IMG/VR virus record: IMGVR_UViG_3300037851_001080
Location: 1 to 27,312 of that record
DNA length: 27,312 nt
DNA from: a virus
Taxonomy: Duplodnaviria; Caudoviricetes
Reading direction: 5' to 3' (one strand)
Made by a program: the position numbers and the translations under genes. Below, piece after piece: positions 26,194 through 27,312 of the stretch (the stretch's first letter is position 1; each line of letters starts with the position of its first letter). Below the pieces are notes generated by a model. The model was not told the origin of the DNA. It searched no databases and saw nothing but the letters and a program-made list of their open reading frames with translations.

Positions 26194-26222
26194 ATTTTAC
26201 TACCGTTATATAACGCTGTCAA
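26194..26222 (-). promoter_or_regulatory. Cassette-internal sigma70 promoter with palindromic operator
   Basis: TTGACA, 17 bp, TAAAAT; perfect palindrome CGTTATATAACG (26204-26215) in the spacer. Confidence 0.8.
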
Positions 26223-26272
26223 GGGTTTGGAGGCACCAATTTTTCGAGCAATTTCAGGACGCGGAACAAGAA

Positions 26273-26291
26273 GCCTAACTATGTTTTATAC
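26273..26291 (-). mobile_element. attI-like simple site
   Basis: GTATAAAACATAGTTAGGC compared with the attI1 core CCCTAAAACAAAGTT as recalled; no upstream attC arm. Confidence 0.45.
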
Positions 26292-26295
26292 AGTA

Positions 26296-26517
26296 TCAAC
26301 CCAAATCACGCGTCCTATCAAGAGCGGAGTGTAAATCATGGCGAGCCTTTTCCTCTGCGGAATTTTGATTGTCATAAAATGCCACAATATCAGCAGGATT
26401 CAACCCGCCCATGAATTGCTTATAAATATCGAACGGCAATTCAACGCGGAAACAAATATCCTGCATTGTACTTCTTGGTGTGGGTTTTGTTACAACCCAA
26501 AGGCTAGAGATTTTCAT
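26296..26517 (-). CDS. Hypothetical cassette protein (73 aa)
   Basis: MKISSLWVVTKPTPRSTMQDICF...; AAAGGA RBS; starts 23 bp after attC C. Confidence 0.7.
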   Translation of the reverse strand: MKISSLWVVTKPTPRSTMQDICFRVELPFDIYKQFMGGLNPADIVAFYDNQNSAEEKARHDLHSALDRTRDLG

Positions 26518-26540
26518 TTGATATCCTTTCGGGCGAAGCC

Positions 26541-26669
26541 ACCCTACGGTTTGCGTTACCTGCTGGTAGGAGGGCGAAGATAAAGCTTCGGGAGCAGGCA
26601 ACTGCAAGGGATAAGATAATGCTTGGGACGCGCACCGTACCTACCAGTCAGGTGGACGCTGTGTTAGGT
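26541..26669 (-). mobile_element. attC-like site C (129 bp, R' box GTAGGGT)
   Basis: ACCTAAC-ACAGC-GTCCACCTGACTGGTAGG...CCTACCAGCAGGTAAC-GCAAACC-GTAGGGT. Confidence 0.8.
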
Positions 26670-26825
26670 GCGCCATAATGGGAGGAAGTGAAATATCCAC
26701 CAACCAAGACGCAAGCCTTTACGATAGCCATTGCGCTCCGAAAACACGAGCGGGTGTAAACGGATGTCTTTCCAAGAAAGACCAACTCCAAACACACGAA
26801 ACCACCAGATACCTTTTTGACGCAT
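26664..26825 (-). CDS. Small Trp-rich basic cassette protein (53 aa)
   Basis: MRQKGIWWFRVFGVGLSWKDIRLHPLVFSERNGYRKGLRLGWWIFHFLPLWRT; stop TAA lies in the R'' box as in canonical cassettes; alternative GTG start at 26843. Confidence 0.6.
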   Translation of the reverse strand: MRQKGIWWFRVFGVGLSWKDIRLHPLVFSERNGYRKGLRLGWWIFHFLPLWRT

Positions 26826-26847
26826 ACCACAAATTATTTTCACGAAG

Positions 26848-26975
26848 CACCTACGGTTTGCGTTAGCCGCGTGGGTGAAAACACGCCTGACAGATAGGGA
26901 CATCAAGCATGTTTGTAGTGCCACACTTTGAGCAAGCCCACTCTGTACCCACGTCGGCTGCACGCTGTGTTGGGC
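26848..26975 (-). mobile_element. attC-like site D (128 bp, R' box GTAGGTG)
   Basis: GCCCAAC-ACAGC-GTGCAGCCGACGTGGGT...ACCCACGCGGCTAAC-GCAAACC-GTAGGTG. Confidence 0.8.
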
Positions 26976-27156
26976 GGTGTGCCTTTTTGAATACATCTTC
27001 TTTAGTCATTTCCCAAACCATGTCTTTGATTATTTCAGACAACACAATAACCAAATTATGGTAGAAAATGCCTTCGGGGATTGCCTGATGAATGGCAGAT
27101 TTTATTTTATTTTGCTCAGACTTGTTGTCGAAAAACTCTTCTGTAAGTTTTCTCAT
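26863..27156 (-). CDS. Cassette protein with C-terminal RanBP2-pattern zinc finger encoded in attC D
   Basis: WACSKCGTTNMLDVPICQAC fits W-x-C-x2-C-x3-N-x6-C-x2-C. Confidence 0.7.
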   Translation of the reverse strand: MRKLTEEFFDNKSEQNKIKSAIHQAIPEGIFYHNLVIVLSEIIKDMVWEMTKEDVFKKAHRPTQRAADVGTEWACSKCGTTNMLDVPICQACFHPRG

Positions 27157-27182
27157 GCAACCTGCTTTCTGTTGAGCAGTCC

Positions 27183-27279
27183 GCCCAACGGTTTGCGTTA
27201 CCCGCTTGAAACGGCGGGATTAGATTCACTGTCAGCGTTTGCCGCGCCCGTTTCAAGTCGGGTGGACGCTGTGTTAGGT
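27183..27279 (-). mobile_element. attC-like site E (97 bp)
   Basis: ACCTAAC-ACAGC-GTCCACCCGACTTGAAACGG...CCGTTTCAAGCGGGTAAC-GCAAACC-GTTGGGC; extra G and T on the bottom (plus) strand. Confidence 0.85.
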
Positions 27280-27312
27280 GGCGTGATTTTCACGTAAGCC
27301 ACCAACGAATAA

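Noticed and set aside
26664-26996. 110-aa ORF spanning attC D
   Set aside because: Its 5' half is attC sequence overlapping ORF 26863-27156; only the part from 26843/26825 looks like a cassette gene.
25101-27279. Recurrent ACGGTTTGCGT motif as a CRISPR array or simple terminators
   Set aside because: Spacing is irregular and hundreds of bp, intervening DNA holds ORFs, there are no U-tracts or cas genes, and the box spacing fits attC.
1-27312. Host assignment (an impression of Chloroflexota/Anaerolineae from gene and attC style)
   Set aside because: There are no host marker genes in the window, so it cannot be supported without a database search.

Overview
The window holds the complete packaging, head and tail gene block of a long-tailed (siphovirus-type) phage or prophage, encoded entirely on the minus strand. 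In transcription order (right to left) it contains: small accessory genes, a holin-like protein, HNH nuclease, probable cos region, TerS, TerL, a lysis cassette (membrane protein and GH25 endolysin), HK97-type portal, ClpP protease with a nested scaffold, a P22-coat-like major capsid protein, a five-gene insert with a 20-aa-repeat protein, neck genes with an embedded glycosyltransferase-like gene, tail tube, frameshifted tail chaperones, tape measure, tail tip and fibre genes, then a new promoter driving an HTH regulator. The most notable feature is at the right end (25.1-27.3 kb). There the small genes are separated by five integron attC-like sites and one attI1-like site, forming an integron-style cassette array that abuts the phage late operon with no integrase in view. 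Two ORFs read through their attC sites, and one encodes a complete RanBP2-pattern zinc finger inside the attC loop. Also notable are a duplicated, covarying two-hairpin leader ahead of both late transcription units, a chimeric protease-scaffold-capsid module, and lysis genes placed between terminase and portal. All product calls come from motif recognition and synteny; no database searches were run.
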